A stretch of 64,000 nucleotides of DNA from an uncultured Verrucomicrobiae bacterium (GCA_963765205.1 CAVXVB010000009.1:1344001-1408000); one strand, 5' to 3'; shown: positions 50,863-61,256, counted from the stretch's first letter. Program-made: numbers and translations. Notes: a model not told the origin generated them from the letters alone.

Positions 50863-51569
50863 ATGCACACCCTCTGGCCGGCGGCGGACCGTGGGCGCTT
50901 CCAGCTCGACTGGCTGGACTCGCGCCACACCTTTTCCTTTGGCGATTTTTACGACCCGGCGAAAATGAGCTGGCGTTATCTGCGCGTGCTCAATGACGAC
51001 CGCATCGGACCCCAGCGGCGGCTTCCCGCTCCACCCGCACCGCGACATGGAAATTTTTTCCTACGTCACCGAGGGCGCCCTCGCCCATCGTGACTCGCTG
51101 GGCAATACCGCGCAGATTACCCCCGGCCGCGTGCAATTGATGAGCGCCGGCACCGGCGTCCGCCACAGCGAATTCAATCCCTCGCCCACCGCGCCCACGC
51201 GCCTCCTGCAAATCTGGTTTCTCCCGAAAGCTCCCGGCGGCGCGCCGGGCTATCAGGAACTCGACTTCACCAATCCCGAGCGCGCCAACCGCCTAAAACT
51301 CCTCGCCGACCCCAAGGGCAGCGGCGGCGCCCTGACCATTCGCCAGGAACGTCCAAATTTTTACCGCGACCCTCCAAAAAGGAAAATCCCTGCCCCTGCC
51401 CTTGTCCGCCCGGCAAGGCGGCTGGCTGCAACTGGTGGACGGCGCGCTCATCCTTGAACCCCTCGGCGCAAAAATCGCCCCGGGCGATGGCTGCGCCCTC
51501 GAAGGCGAACCCAAACTCTCCGCCCGCGCCACGGCCGACAGCGAATTCCTTTGGTTTGTGTTTGATTGA
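50863..51569 (+). CDS. Pirin (YhhW-like); frameshifts near 51012 and 51349
   Basis: WLDSRHTFSFG.YDP, LRVLNDD, GFPLHPHRDMEI, HRDSLGN, MSAGTGVRHSEFN, LLQIW, PGDG. Confidence 0.9.
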
Positions 51570-51571
51570 AG

Positions 51572-51603
51572 TTTTTTCCATCTTCCTTTTTCCATTTTCC
51601 ATC
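51572..51603. repeat. Solo TTCCATT array abutting the M42 peptidase start
   Basis: TTTTTTCCATCTTCCTTTTTCCATTTTCCATC then ATG. Confidence 0.85.
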
Positions 51604-52671
51604 ATGCCTGTTTACACCCCCCCGCCCTTCCTCGTTGACTTGCTCGAAGCCCGTTCGCCCACCGGCTCGGAATTCGAAGCACAGACCGTGGTGGACCGCT
51701 ACCTGCGGCCCGCCGCCGACCTCTATGAAAAGGACGCGCTGGGCAACCGCCTCGCTACCCTCAATCCCGCCGGCAACCCCTGCCTCCTCCTCGCCGGGCA
51801 CATGGACGAATTGGGCCTCATCATTAAATTCGTGGACAAGGACGGCTTCCTTTATTTCGACACCCTCGGCGGCCACGACCGCGGCGTCATCTCCGGCCGA
51901 CGCGTGCGCATCCTCACCAAGGACGGCGTGGTCAAGGGCGTCACCGGCAAGCGCGCCATCCATTTAATGAACCAGAAGGAACGCGACGCTCTGCCGGAAA
52001 TCCACCAAATCTGGATTGATATCGGCGCCAAGAATCGCAAGGACACCCTCAAGCGCGTGCGCCTGGGCGACCCCGCCGTTTACGATGTCGGCTTTGAATT
52101 GCTGCACGGCAGCGTCGGCGCGGCCCGCGCGTTTGACAACAAAGCCGGCTGCTACGTCGTCGCCGAAACCCTACGCCGGCTCGCCGAGCGCCGCAAAAAA
52201 CTCAAAGCCAAGGTCGTCGCCGTGGCCACGACCCAGGAGGAAATCGGCACGCGCGGCGCCATCACCGCCGGTTACGCCGTCAACCCGGATATCGCCATCG
52301 CCGTGGACGTGTCCCACGCCACCGACGCGCCGGACTCCGACCACAAGCGCTTCGGCGAATACAAACTCGGCGGCGGCCCCATCCTCGCGCGCGGGCCCAA
52401 CATCAACCCGCTGGTGTTCGACCGCCTGGTCGCCTGCGCCGACGAGCAAAAGATTCCCTATCAGATCGAAACCGAATCCATGCCCACCGGCACCGACGCG
52501 CGCGCCCTGCAAATGGCGCGCGCCGGCGTCGCCACCGGCCTGGTCGGCATCCCCCTGCGCTACATGCACACGCCCTCCGAAGTCGTGGACCTCGAGGACA
52601 TCGAAAAATGCGTGCGCCTCCTCGAAGCCCTCGCCCTCAGCCTCCAGCCCGGCGAAAAGATGCATTTTTAG
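51604..52671 (+). CDS. M42-family metallopeptidase
   Basis: SPTGSE, AGHMDELG, AFDNKAG, QEEIGTRGA, VDVSHATD, GTDA, PLRYMHTPSE. Confidence 0.93.
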   Translation: MPVYTPPPFLVDLLEARSPTGSEFEAQTVVDRYLRPAADLYEKDALGNRLATLNPAGNPCLLLAGHMDELGLIIKFVDKDGFLYFDTLGGHDRGVISGRRVRILTKDGVVKGVTGKRAIHLMNQKERDALPEIHQIWIDIGAKNRKDTLKRVRLGDPAVYDVGFELLHGSVGAARAFDNKAGCYVVAETLRRLAERRKKLKAKVVAVATTQEEIGTRGAITAGYAVNPDIAIAVDVSHATDAPDSDHKRFGEYKLGGGPILARGPNINPLVFDRLVACADEQKIPYQIETESMPTGTDARALQMARAGVATGLVGIPLRYMHTPSEVVDLEDIEKCVRLLEALALSLQPGEKMHF

Positions 52672-52721
52672 GCTTGTCCGGACAATGTGTGCATGCTAGT
52701 TTTGGCGGCGCGAAAGACCCC

Positions 52722-53000
52722 ATGCCTGTCCTCGACCAGATCAAAAGCGAACGGATTGACATCCGCGCCACCGCCACGGCGAAGCGCATCCTTAATGCGG
52801 CCGCCGCGGCCAGCCATAAAAACTTGAGCGATTTTCTCCTCGAATCCGGATTGGTGGCGGCCGAACAGGCGCTGGCGGATCGCCGGGTGTTCGCCTTGGA
52901 CGAAAGGGATTGGAAAGCGTTTCAGGCGGCGCTGGACCGTCCGATCAAGGCTAAATCACGTCTGAAAAAGCTGCTCACCCGGCCGGACGTTCTCGGATAA
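52722..53000 (+). CDS. DUF1778 (TacA-like) antitoxin
   Basis: KSERIDIRAT..KRILNAAAA..NLSDFLLES..AEQALADRRVFAL..W..F.AALDRP. Confidence 0.88.
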   Translation: MPVLDQIKSERIDIRATATAKRILNAAAAASHKNLSDFLLESGLVAAEQALADRRVFALDERDWKAFQAALDRPIKAKSRLKKLLTRPDVLG

Positions 53001-53016
53001 TCGAAACTAACCCGGC

Positions 53017-53523
53017 ATGGCTGCCCCACTTTCATCCGTTGAGAAACTCAGCGCGAAGCATGATGCCGCTGGCTTCGACTGCGGGGAAGACGCGCTGAAC
53101 AGCTACCTCAAAAAATTTGCCTACGTCAATCAGCAGGGCGATGCCGCGCAAACCTATGTGGTGTGCCGCGTCCGCCAAATTGTGGGGTTTTACAGTCTTG
53201 CCACCGGCTCGGTGTTGCCCGCGCTGGCGCCCGCCCGCGTGGTCAAGGGCTTGGCCCCCCATCCGGTCCCTGTAATGATCCTGACCCGTTTGGCGGTGAC
53301 CTGCTCCGAACAAGGCCGCGGCCTGGGCCAGGCCCTGCTTAAAGACGCCCTGCTGCGCACAGTGCAGGCTGCCGACCTGGCCGGCATCCATGCCCTGCTG
53401 GTTCACGCCAAGAACGAGCGGGCGCGCGACTGGTATCTCCAATTTGATTTCGAACCCAGCCCCACCGACCCTCTCCACCTGTTTCTCTTGATGAAGGACA
53501 TCCGCGCCACACTAGGCCGGTAA
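53017..53523 (+). CDS. GNAT-family toxin (TacT/AtaT-like)
   Basis: FDCGEDALNSYL, VGFYSL, PVPVMILTRLAV..QGRGLGQALLKDA, LLVHAKNERARDWY. Confidence 0.9.
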   Translation: MAAPLSSVEKLSAKHDAAGFDCGEDALNSYLKKFAYVNQQGDAAQTYVVCRVRQIVGFYSLATGSVLPALAPARVVKGLAPHPVPVMILTRLAVTCSEQGRGLGQALLKDALLRTVQAADLAGIHALLVHAKNERARDWYLQFDFEPSPTDPLHLFLLMKDIRATLGR

Positions 53524-53572
53524 CCGACTGCAAATAATGCTTCGACGATCTTGCTTTTAAGCCTTAAAGCGA

Positions 53573-53671
53573 TTCACCGCAAAGCCACAAAGAACGCAAA
53601 GGAGGATCAACGGCCGACTGGCTCACTTATCGTTTTGGTGGTCTTTGCGATCTTTGCGCCTTTGCGGTGAA
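53573..53671. repeat. CGCAAAG/CTTTGCG 8-9-mer hairpin between convergent genes
   Basis: TTCACCGCAAAGCCACAAAGAACGCAAAG ... CTTTGCGATCTTTGCGCCTTTGCGGTGAA. Confidence 0.9.
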
Positions 53672-53696
53672 AATGAGTGTTCAAACAAAATCGGGC

Positions 53697-55313
53697 CTAC
53701 CCTTTCCGCCGCCGCAACAGATGCATCGCCAGTTCCCGCAATTCCGGCCATTCCTCGAACTGCGCGGCGCGCAGCAGGCCAAGATAAAAAATGACCGCGG
53801 CCGGGATTAAGCCGAATATCGCAAGCAGGTCGCAAAGGCGCGTGTGCAGCAGCCACGCGATTTGCCGGTCGCCCAGCAGCGCATGCAACCCCCACCAGCC
53901 CGCCAGCGTGAATGCCAGCATCCCCGCGCCCGCCAGCCCAATCACCCCGAGCGCGCGCCCAATCGCCGGGCGCGCCAGCGGCGTCCCCCGGCGCACGGCC
54001 AGCCATTGGAGCATCAAGCACTGAAAGATGGACGACATCAGGTTTGCCAGCGCGAGGCCGCAAGTGCCCAGCGGCTTCATCAGCAACAGCGTCAGCGTGA
54101 TGTTCAAGAAAAAGTCCCATTTCGCCACCCGCACCGGCGTGCCCATGTCCTTTTGCGCGTAGAAGCCGCGGACCGCCAGCGAAGCCAGCGAAAAAAACGG
54201 GATACTCAACGCGCTGATGGCGACCACCGGGGCGACTTCGCTGACCGAGTCGTCGCCGAATTTCCCATGCTCGAAGAGCACCCGCACAATCGGCACCCGC
54301 AGCGCCACCAGCCCCAGCGCCGCCGGCACCGTGATGGCGAGTATCAGCCGCAGCCCCTGCGCATTGGCGCGCCCCATGCCGGAACGGTCGTTCTGCGCCG
54401 CCAGCATGGCAATGCGCGGGAAAAGCACCGTGGACACCGCGATGGTGAACATCCCCAGCGGCAGCTCCATCAGCCGCTGCGAGTAATAAAGCACGGTCGT
54501 CGCCGAGTCGCTCAATCCAAATGCCACGCAGCGCGACACCACGATGTTGATCTGGATGATGGACGCGCCCAGCAAACCCGGCAAAAAAATGCGCGTCATT
54601 TCGCGCAGGCGCGGCGACATGGCAAACTCCCACCCCGGCCGCCACCCCTCGCGCCACAGCGTCGCCGCCGGCATCGCCACCTGCAACAGCCCGCCAAACA
54701 GCACCCCGCCGCATTGCCAATACATTTTCTCCAGCTCGGTCCGCCCAAAATATCCGCCGAACACGCCGAGCGAAACAATCATCGAAATATTCAGCCAGAC
54801 CTGCGACATACCCGAGATCGCATAATGCCCCAGCACATTCAACGCCCCCAGCATGGCCGCCGTCAGGCACACCAGCAATAAATACGGCATGATAACCAGG
54901 CCGAAATCAAAGCCCCAAAACCAGCGTTGCGCCTCTTTCGCCGCCAACCACTGATGGCCCACCGCCCAGTCCGTTGCCCCATGCGCCGCCAGGAGCAAGG
55001 CCATCAGCAACGCTACCGTGCCCGCCAGCACCACCGCCAGCCGCGTGAGCACTTCGTTCAAAAACCGAAACGCCTCCGCCCGCCCGCCCGTTTCCAGCGC
55101 TTCCGACAGCATCGGGATGAACGCCGAGCTGAGCGCGCCCTCGCCCACCAGCCGCCGGAACAAATTCGGCAGCGTGAAGGCCCAACTAAATGCCGAGTTG
55201 ATGGCGTCCGTGCCAAAGAAAAATCCCGCCAGCGAATCCCGCGCCAGCCCGAGGACACGCGAGCCGAACGTCGTCAGCGACACCGCCAGCATGCTTTTCA
55301 GGTGCTTGGCCAT
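53697..55313 (-). CDS. murJ: Lipid II flippase MurJ
   Basis: SRVLGLARD, LPNLFRRLVGEGALSSAFIP, RLMELPLG, FYAQKDMGTPV. Confidence 0.95.
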   Translation of the reverse strand: MAKHLKSMLAVSLTTFGSRVLGLARDSLAGFFFGTDAINSAFSWAFTLPNLFRRLVGEGALSSAFIPMLSEALETGGRAEAFRFLNEVLTRLAVVLAGTVALLMALLLAAHGATDWAVGHQWLAAKEAQRWFWGFDFGLVIMPYLLLVCLTAAMLGALNVLGHYAISGMSQVWLNISMIVSLGVFGGYFGRTELEKMYWQCGGVLFGGLLQVAMPAATLWREGWRPGWEFAMSPRLREMTRIFLPGLLGASIIQINIVVSRCVAFGLSDSATTVLYYSQRLMELPLGMFTIAVSTVLFPRIAMLAAQNDRSGMGRANAQGLRLILAITVPAALGLVALRVPIVRVLFEHGKFGDDSVSEVAPVVAISALSIPFFSLASLAVRGFYAQKDMGTPVRVAKWDFFLNITLTLLLMKPLGTCGLALANLMSSIFQCLMLQWLAVRRGTPLARPAIGRALGVIGLAGAGMLAFTLAGWWGLHALLGDRQIAWLLHTRLCDLLAIFGLIPAAVIFYLGLLRAAQFEEWPELRELAMHLLRRRKG

Positions 55314-55478
55314 AATACAGCCCGCGACCGCGGGCAGGGGTTAAAACGGCCACCATGACGCCCCCGAACTGTTTGTTCAAGAAAAAATGAACAAAGATTG
55401 CCCCCCAGCCCGCGCCACCCCGCTGGCCAAGAATTGCCCTTGCCCGCGCCGCCCGCTTGCTGCTACCGTCTCCCTTTC

Positions 55479-56519
55479 ATGATCTCGCTCATCGAAACCT
55501 TGGCTGAACGCCTGGCCCGGCACCCCAAACGCGTGGTGTTCCCGGAAGGCTCCGACTCGCGCATCCTCCAGGCCGCCCGCCAGTTTGCCACCCGCAAGCT
55601 CGGCGTGCCCATCCTGCTGGGTGACCGCACCGTCATCAAGGAAAACGCCGCCCGGCTCGACTTGCGGCTGGACGGCTTGCGCATTATCGAGCCGGCGCGC
55701 GCCGACGAATTCATGGATTTCGTCGCGAAGTTCCAGGGCCTGCGCCGCTTCAAGGGCCTCAACGAGTTCGAGGCGCGCGACTATGTGGCCGGCAACAATT
55801 ATTTCGCCGCCCTCCTCCTCGCCACCATGGGTGCGGACGCGGTCGTCGCCGGCGCCACCCAAATCGCCGCCAGCGGCCTGCGCCCGCTCTTTCAAGTGCT
55901 GCCCCTGCAGGACGGCGTGACCACCGCCTCTTCCATGGCCATCGCCGAAACGAGCAATCCGCAAATCGGCATCAACGGCCATCTCTTCCTCGCCGACTGC
56001 GGCGTCCTCCCCAACCCGACCGCCGAGCAGCTCGCCGACATCGCCGTCACCACCGCCGCCCTCGCCCATCACTTGACGAACGAAACGCCGCGCGTCGCCA
56101 TGCTCGCCTACTCAACCAAGAGCCGCGACCCGAAAAATCCCGTCATCGGTAAAGTCCAGGCCGCCACCATCCTCGCCCACCACAAGGCTCAATCACGCGG
56201 TTTGGCCATCGAAATTGACGGCGAACTCCAGCTCGACGCCGCGCTCGACCCCGTCACCGCCCGTCAAAAAGGCGTCGAAGGCTCCGTCGGCGGCCGCGCC
56301 AACGTGCTGGTCTTTCCCGACCTCAACAGCGGTAACATCGCACTGAAAATGATCCAGGCCGTCGCCAGCGCGCGCACCTACGGCCAAATCATCACCGGCC
56401 TCACCCGCCCTGCCGCGGAAATCAGCCGCGGTGCCAGCGCACACGATATTTTTGGCACCGCCGTCATCGTCGCCGCCCAAGCCGTGGACCACAGCTTCCT
56501 CTACAGCCACGCGCCGTGA
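55479..56519 (+). CDS. pta: Phosphate acetyl/acyltransferase, catalytic domain only
   Basis: VVFPEGSDSRIL, ADCGVLPNPTAEQLADIA, VAMLAYST, DGELQLDAAL, ANVLVFPDLNSGNI, ISRG. Confidence 0.88.
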   Translation: MISLIETLAERLARHPKRVVFPEGSDSRILQAARQFATRKLGVPILLGDRTVIKENAARLDLRLDGLRIIEPARADEFMDFVAKFQGLRRFKGLNEFEARDYVAGNNYFAALLLATMGADAVVAGATQIAASGLRPLFQVLPLQDGVTTASSMAIAETSNPQIGINGHLFLADCGVLPNPTAEQLADIAVTTAALAHHLTNETPRVAMLAYSTKSRDPKNPVIGKVQAATILAHHKAQSRGLAIEIDGELQLDAALDPVTARQKGVEGSVGGRANVLVFPDLNSGNIALKMIQAVASARTYGQIITGLTRPAAEISRGASAHDIFGTAVIVAAQAVDHSFLYSHAP

Positions 56520-56563
56520 ACCACGCTGCGGGTAATGGGTTGCCCACAAGGGTCAAGCACCCG

Positions 56564-56712
56564 GGATGAAATTCCTGAGTGCTGAGTGCTGGATGCTATA
56601 ATGTAACGGAACACCCCGCCATAGTTGCCCGGTGTTCGCAATCAGAATTCGGCATTCAGCAATCAGCATTTTGGGCTTCATCCTTCATCCCTCATCCTTC
56701 ATCCTTGCCTTT
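56564..56712. repeat. Composite heptamer arrays (GAGTGCT / CAGCATT / TCATCCT) ending at a start codon
   Basis: CTGAGTGCTGAGTGCTG ... GCATTCAGCAATCAGCATT ... TTCATCCTTCATCCCTCATCCTTCATCCTT. Confidence 0.75.
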
Positions 56713-56713
56713 C

Positions 56714-57898
56714 ATGCCCGAAGAACTCAGCCAGCCGCTCCTCAGCCAGCCGACCTTCACCGACGGCAGCGACCCGACGCTGCTGGCCGCGCCGCGCAAC
56801 GTCATCACCAAGCGCATCTTCGTCGCCGCCACCCGCATGAACGAAGGCAAGACCACCGTCTGCCTCGGCTTGTTTGCCGCCCTGCGTTCCCTCTCGCCCA
56901 GCGTCGGTTACATCAAGCCCATCGGCCAGCGCTTCGTCGAAGTCCAGGGCGCAAAAATTGACGAAGACTCACTGCTGCTCGACAGCATTTTCCAGGTCGA
57001 GGTGCCCATCGAAGCCATGAGTCCGGTCGCCGTGGACTCCAGTTTTACGCGTCGCTACCTCGCCGACCCCGCGCTCAACCTGCCACTCCTCAAAGACCGC
57101 ATGTGCCGCGCCTTCGACCGCGTTTCTTTCCACAAAGACTACATTATCATCGAGGGCACCGGCCACGCCGGCGTCGGCTCCATCTTCGACATGTCCAACG
57201 CCCAGGCCGCAAAACTCTTCAAGGCCAAGGTCATCATCGTTTCCGAGGGCGGCATCGGCCGGCCGGTGGACGAAATCGCGATGAACAAGGCCCTCTTCGA
57301 CAAGCACAACGTCGAGGTCATCGGTGCGATCTTGAACAAATGTGTGCCCGACAAAATTGAGCAGGTCATCGAATACGCCGGCAAGGGCCTTGAGCGCCTC
57401 GGCGTGCCCCTGCTTGGCGCCATCCCCCTCCAAAAACCGCTGACCGCGCCCAACCTCTCCCAAGTCGTGGACGAAATCGGTGGGCGCTGGCTCAACGGCC
57501 GCTCGCAGGGCCTCAACGAGCGCGTCCTGCGCATCGTCATCGGCGCAATGACTGCTAAAGGCATGATGGATTACCTCCAGCCCGGCGTCCTCATGCTCAC
57601 CCCCGGCGACCGCGACGACATCCTCCTCTCCGCCATCGCGCAAGCCGGCCTCACCGGCAAAAAAGTCGTCTCCGGCATCATCCTCACGCGCAACATCATG
57701 CCCCACCCCCGGATGCTCGAAATGCTCCACCAAACCAACATCCCCACCGTCATCACCGACGACGAAAGCTACGCCGTCGCCTCGAAAATCGTCAACATGA
57801 CCATCAAAACCCAGCCACAGGACACCGACAAAATTCCCATCATCAAACGACTCATTTTGGACAACGTGGACCTGCAGAAAATTTTGAAGGCGTTTTGA
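56714..57898 (+). CDS. BioD-like P-loop + DRTGG protein (stand-alone Pta N-terminal region)
   Basis: ATRMNEGKTT, YIKPIGQR, IEGTGHAGVG, GAM, TPGDRDDI. Confidence 0.88.
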   Translation: MPEELSQPLLSQPTFTDGSDPTLLAAPRNVITKRIFVAATRMNEGKTTVCLGLFAALRSLSPSVGYIKPIGQRFVEVQGAKIDEDSLLLDSIFQVEVPIEAMSPVAVDSSFTRRYLADPALNLPLLKDRMCRAFDRVSFHKDYIIIEGTGHAGVGSIFDMSNAQAAKLFKAKVIIVSEGGIGRPVDEIAMNKALFDKHNVEVIGAILNKCVPDKIEQVIEYAGKGLERLGVPLLGAIPLQKPLTAPNLSQVVDEIGGRWLNGRSQGLNERVLRIVIGAMTAKGMMDYLQPGVLMLTPGDRDDILLSAIAQAGLTGKKVVSGIILTRNIMPHPRMLEMLHQTNIPTVITDDESYAVASKIVNMTIKTQPQDTDKIPIIKRLILDNVDLQKILKAF

Positions 57899-57986
57899 GG
57901 GCTAGTTCCAGTGGATGATTTTGGTTTTTTCAATGATTTCTTAAATCGAGAAATACTCTTCGATAAACCTATTGTAGACGTCAAGG

Positions 57987-58178
57987 TCACTCTTTGGCAT
58001 CCAAGCCAAAATCATCAAAGTAAGCCTTGTTCGTGGACAAATCCGGCGGGCCTTCAATGCACCCAGCAAACTCCTTCAAAGCTTCCAGCATGTTGACACT
58101 ATCGTCTTTGCGGAGGCGCTTCCTCAAAGCCAAACGGGCGTCGAGTTCCTTCGGGAGTTTGACTGTCCGCTTGACCAT
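57987..58178 (-). pseudogene. Orphan, probably internally deleted CopG/RHH antitoxin
   Basis: MVKRTVKLPKELDARL...FAGCIEGPPDLSTNKAYFDDFG; no toxin ORF follows. Confidence 0.55.
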
Positions 58179-58251
58179 GCCTTGGGTAATACAGCGCGGT
58201 CTTACGCGAGTCAAGCACCGCCTGATCCGCTTCGGCGCACGCCCGCCTCCC

Positions 58252-59253
58252 TTAAATAAACATCTGCGCAAACTGTAGCCCCGTATTCACGGTGATGGCC
58301 ACCACCATGATCCCTGCCGCCGTGGGAAACGACTTCGCCTCCGTGCAGGTGGTGATCAACCCCAGCAAGACCATGCCGGCCACAATCTGGTCGGCCTGCA
58401 CCATGGCCGCGATTTTCCCAAAATCGTTCAGCGTGAACAGCCACGCCATGATCTCGTTGCACAACGAAGTTCCCGCCGCGACCAGCACCGCATCCATCCA
58501 AATCAACGGAAAATCCTTGTAGGCAAAAACGCCCTTGAGCACCAGCGTCATCACCACCGTCTTGAGCACCAAGCCGGCCAAAAATCCCTCGATGTTATCC
58601 GGCCGCGACCACGGCGACCCGTCGCCCGAACCCCCACCCACCAATTTCTCCAAACCGCTCGGGATGGCGGGTGCTCCGGGCGACGTGCCCGCCTCCTCCC
58701 CGCCCTGGCCCGGTCCGAGCGCCTTCGCCAGCACGCCGGACATCGTCGTGCCCTGGGGAATAATGGAGGGGCTTGAGAGGTCACCGATAAGTTTTTCGGA
58801 ATTTTGATCATCCGAGCTGGCCGCAGCCGCAGCAGCCGCAGCGGGCGCGGAGGGCGGCGCGGCGGCAGGCGGCATAGAATCAGGAGACCCAGACTGGGTG
58901 GCGGTATTGACTGAGGAGTCCGCCGCCGCCGCTGGAGCGGCAGTGGCCGCCGTCACCACCGGAGCAGCCGCCACAACGGCCACCGGCTTTAACGCCTCCG
59001 GCACCGCGCCACTGATATCGGACACCTCCCCGTTCTGGATCTGGATGACCAGGCCGCCCTTATACATCAGCAATTCATTATTGCCCACCGCCCCATCGGA
59101 GCTCGGTTCACCCAGCGCTGTAATAACGTCCTGGCGCGTCAAGTGGTCGCGCCAGGCGTGCGCGGCGGTTTGGGCGCGCGCCGCCCCGGTAAAAAATAAA
59201 ATGCCTATCGCCAGCATAACCCAAACCCGCGTCGGTCGTGGCCGAAACGTCAT
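58252..59253 (-). CDS. Hypothetical exported/membrane protein
   Basis: Signal-like N terminus, TRQDVITALGEP motif, Ala/Pro/Ser linker, four C-terminal TM helices. Confidence 0.7.
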   Translation of the reverse strand: MTFRPRPTRVWVMLAIGILFFTGAARAQTAAHAWRDHLTRQDVITALGEPSSDGAVGNNELLMYKGGLVIQIQNGEVSDISGAVPEALKPVAVVAAAPVVTAATAAPAAAADSSVNTATQSGSPDSMPPAAAPPSAPAAAAAAAASSDDQNSEKLIGDLSSPSIIPQGTTMSGVLAKALGPGQGGEEAGTSPGAPAIPSGLEKLVGGGSGDGSPWSRPDNIEGFLAGLVLKTVVMTLVLKGVFAYKDFPLIWMDAVLVAAGTSLCNEIMAWLFTLNDFGKIAAMVQADQIVAGMVLLGLITTCTEAKSFPTAAGIMVVAITVNTGLQFAQMFI

Positions 59254-59385
59254 CCCGCAACGCTTAATGGAAAACGAGGGCATGGAAAAGAATCGTGGCC
59301 TGCGCTTGCGCAGTCCCCCGGATTTTCCCATCTTAGTCCCCGCGGGGCAAGCGCGAACGCTTCCCGCCCTCGGTTCCCCTCCCTT

Positions 59386-60612
59386 ATGTCATCTTCCCCA
59401 CGCGTGGTCATTGCCGGCGGCGGCGCGGCCGGTTTTTTTGCCGCGCTGGCCTGCGCCGAAGCCAATCCGCGCGCGACCGTGCAGATTTTCGAGCGCAGCC
59501 CCGAAATTCTCGCCAAGGTGCGCGTCTCCGGCGGCGGGCGCTGCAATGTGACCCACGCCTGCTTCGACCCCGCCGAACTCGTCAAAAATTACCCGCGCGG
59601 CGGCCGCGAATTGCTCGGGCCGTTTCACCACTTCCAGCCCAGCGACACCGTCGCGTGGTTCGAGCAGCGCGGCGTCGCCCTCAAGACCGAGGACGACGGG
59701 CGCATGTTTCCCACCACCGATTCTTCGCAGACCATTATTGATTGCCTGACCCGCGAAGCCGCGCGCCTCAACGTGCGCGTGCGCACCGGCTGCGGCGTCG
59801 CGGAAGTCTTCAAGAAGGACACAGCCCTGCATGTTATTCTCACCGAGGACGGCACCGTCGAGTGCGATTGCCTGCTGCTGGCGACGGGAGGTTCCCGCGG
59901 AATCAAAGGCCACGGCCTCGCCGAATCGCTCGGCCACACCATCGAACCGCCGGTGCCCTCGCTCTTCACCTTTGACCTCGCGGACCCGCGCCTGCACGCC
60001 CTCGCCGGCATCTCGTCGCCCAACGCGCGCGTGAAAATCGCCGGCACGCCGCTCGACGAAACGGGCCCGCTGCTCATCACCCATTGGGGCCTGAGCGGGC
60101 CGTGCATTCTGCGCGCCTCGGCCTGGGGCGCGCGCCTGCTCGCGCAACGCGACTATAAATTCACCCTTCAGGTGCAGTGGCTCGCCGACTGCGACTATAA
60201 GCGCGTCGCCAACCTCATTCAGGACGCACGCCGGCATCATTCGCGCAAGCACGTCACCCTCTGGTCGCCCATGGGCCTGCCGCAACGCCTCTGGGAACGC
60301 CTCGTCCTCGCCGCCGGCATCAACCCCGACCTCACCTGGAACACGCTCTCGAAGCAAGGTGCGGAAGCGCTCGCCCACGAACTCTGCGCGGGCGAATACA
60401 AAGTCACCGGCAAGAGCATGTATAAGGAGGAATTCGTGACCTGCGGCGGCGTGGCGCTCAAGGAAGTGGATTTCCGCACCATGCAAAGCCGCGTCTGCCC
60501 CGGCCTCTACCTCGCCGGCGAAGTCCTCGACCTCGACGCCATCACCGGCGGCTTCAATTTCCAAGCCGCCTGGACCACCGGCTGGATCGCCGGCCAGGCC
60601 ATGGCGCGTTAA
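59386..60612 (+). CDS. HI0933/BaiN-family flavoprotein oxidoreductase
   Basis: GGGAAG, KVRVSGGGRCNVT, GRMFP, LITHWGLSGP, VTCGGV, GGFNFQAAWTTG. Confidence 0.93.
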   Translation: MSSSPRVVIAGGGAAGFFAALACAEANPRATVQIFERSPEILAKVRVSGGGRCNVTHACFDPAELVKNYPRGGRELLGPFHHFQPSDTVAWFEQRGVALKTEDDGRMFPTTDSSQTIIDCLTREAARLNVRVRTGCGVAEVFKKDTALHVILTEDGTVECDCLLLATGGSRGIKGHGLAESLGHTIEPPVPSLFTFDLADPRLHALAGISSPNARVKIAGTPLDETGPLLITHWGLSGPCILRASAWGARLLAQRDYKFTLQVQWLADCDYKRVANLIQDARRHHSRKHVTLWSPMGLPQRLWERLVLAAGINPDLTWNTLSKQGAEALAHELCAGEYKVTGKSMYKEEFVTCGGVALKEVDFRTMQSRVCPGLYLAGEVLDLDAITGGFNFQAAWTTGWIAGQAMAR

Positions 60613-60693
60613 GCGTCACTTTTCCCTTGATCATTATTGAACAAATACAAAGTCTGGTAAACACTTCTACTAATAGAATCTTGTATTCAACTT

Positions 60694-61160
60694 GCCTATT
60701 ACAATTTCGTCAAGTTTCACTCCAAAGTTCGCATGACTCCGGCGATGGCCGCTGGCGTTGAGCAATCGCCCCTAGAAGTCGCTAACCTCGTTGAACTGGC
60801 ACAATGACGCCACCGGATTACATAGAGCATTTACAGAAGGCCATTAAAAAGACTTTCGGCCTAGAGTCGAAGCACATTGAAACGCTGTCCGTGTTTGAAA
60901 CATTCCGGGGCAAGGTTATGTTCGATAGCGAGGTAGAGGTTTTTGAGGTAAAGGGGCATCCAACCGCCAAGCGCGCCTATGCGTGGGCAAAGAATAACGA
61001 AATCGGTTCAGACTCAACCGTGGTATTAGAGCGCCCACCCATCAAAAATGCGTTGGATGCTGTCCGCGCGGCGCTGGCGACAGAGTATAAGCGCAGACAG
61101 CAAAATTAGGCCCAAGTCAAGCGCCCTATCAGTAAACGACTTTCAAATTAGGACACTACC
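60694..61160 (+). mobile_element. Right-end remnant of an IS1-like element
   Basis: Transposase tail AYYNFVKFHSKVRMTPAMAAGVEQSPLEVANLVELAQ* (to 60807), a passenger ORF, then end sequence TTTCAAATTAGGACACTACC related to the 40838-40855 repeat. Confidence 0.8.
60804..61109 (+). CDS. Hypothetical passenger protein
   Basis: 101 aa, IEHLQKAI..V.ETFRGK..VEVF..GHPTAKRAYAW..VL..PPI..DAVRAA; ATGA-coupled to the transposase tail. Confidence 0.75.
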   Translation: MTPPDYIEHLQKAIKKTFGLESKHIETLSVFETFRGKVMFDSEVEVFEVKGHPTAKRAYAWAKNNEIGSDSTVVLERPPIKNALDAVRAALATEYKRRQQN

Positions 61161-61256
61161 GTAACTGAATTGACGCCAAGATATGGCTATCTAAAGCAAA
61201 ACCCAGCATAAATTTAATAGATACTTCGTCATTCCATTATATAGATTGACCCAAAC

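Noticed and set aside
60648..61168. GGTAAACAC at 60656 as the left end of a complete element ending at 61160
   Set aside because: It is not complementary to the right end beyond GGTA, and the flanks (CAAAGTCT versus GTAACTGA) are not duplicated.
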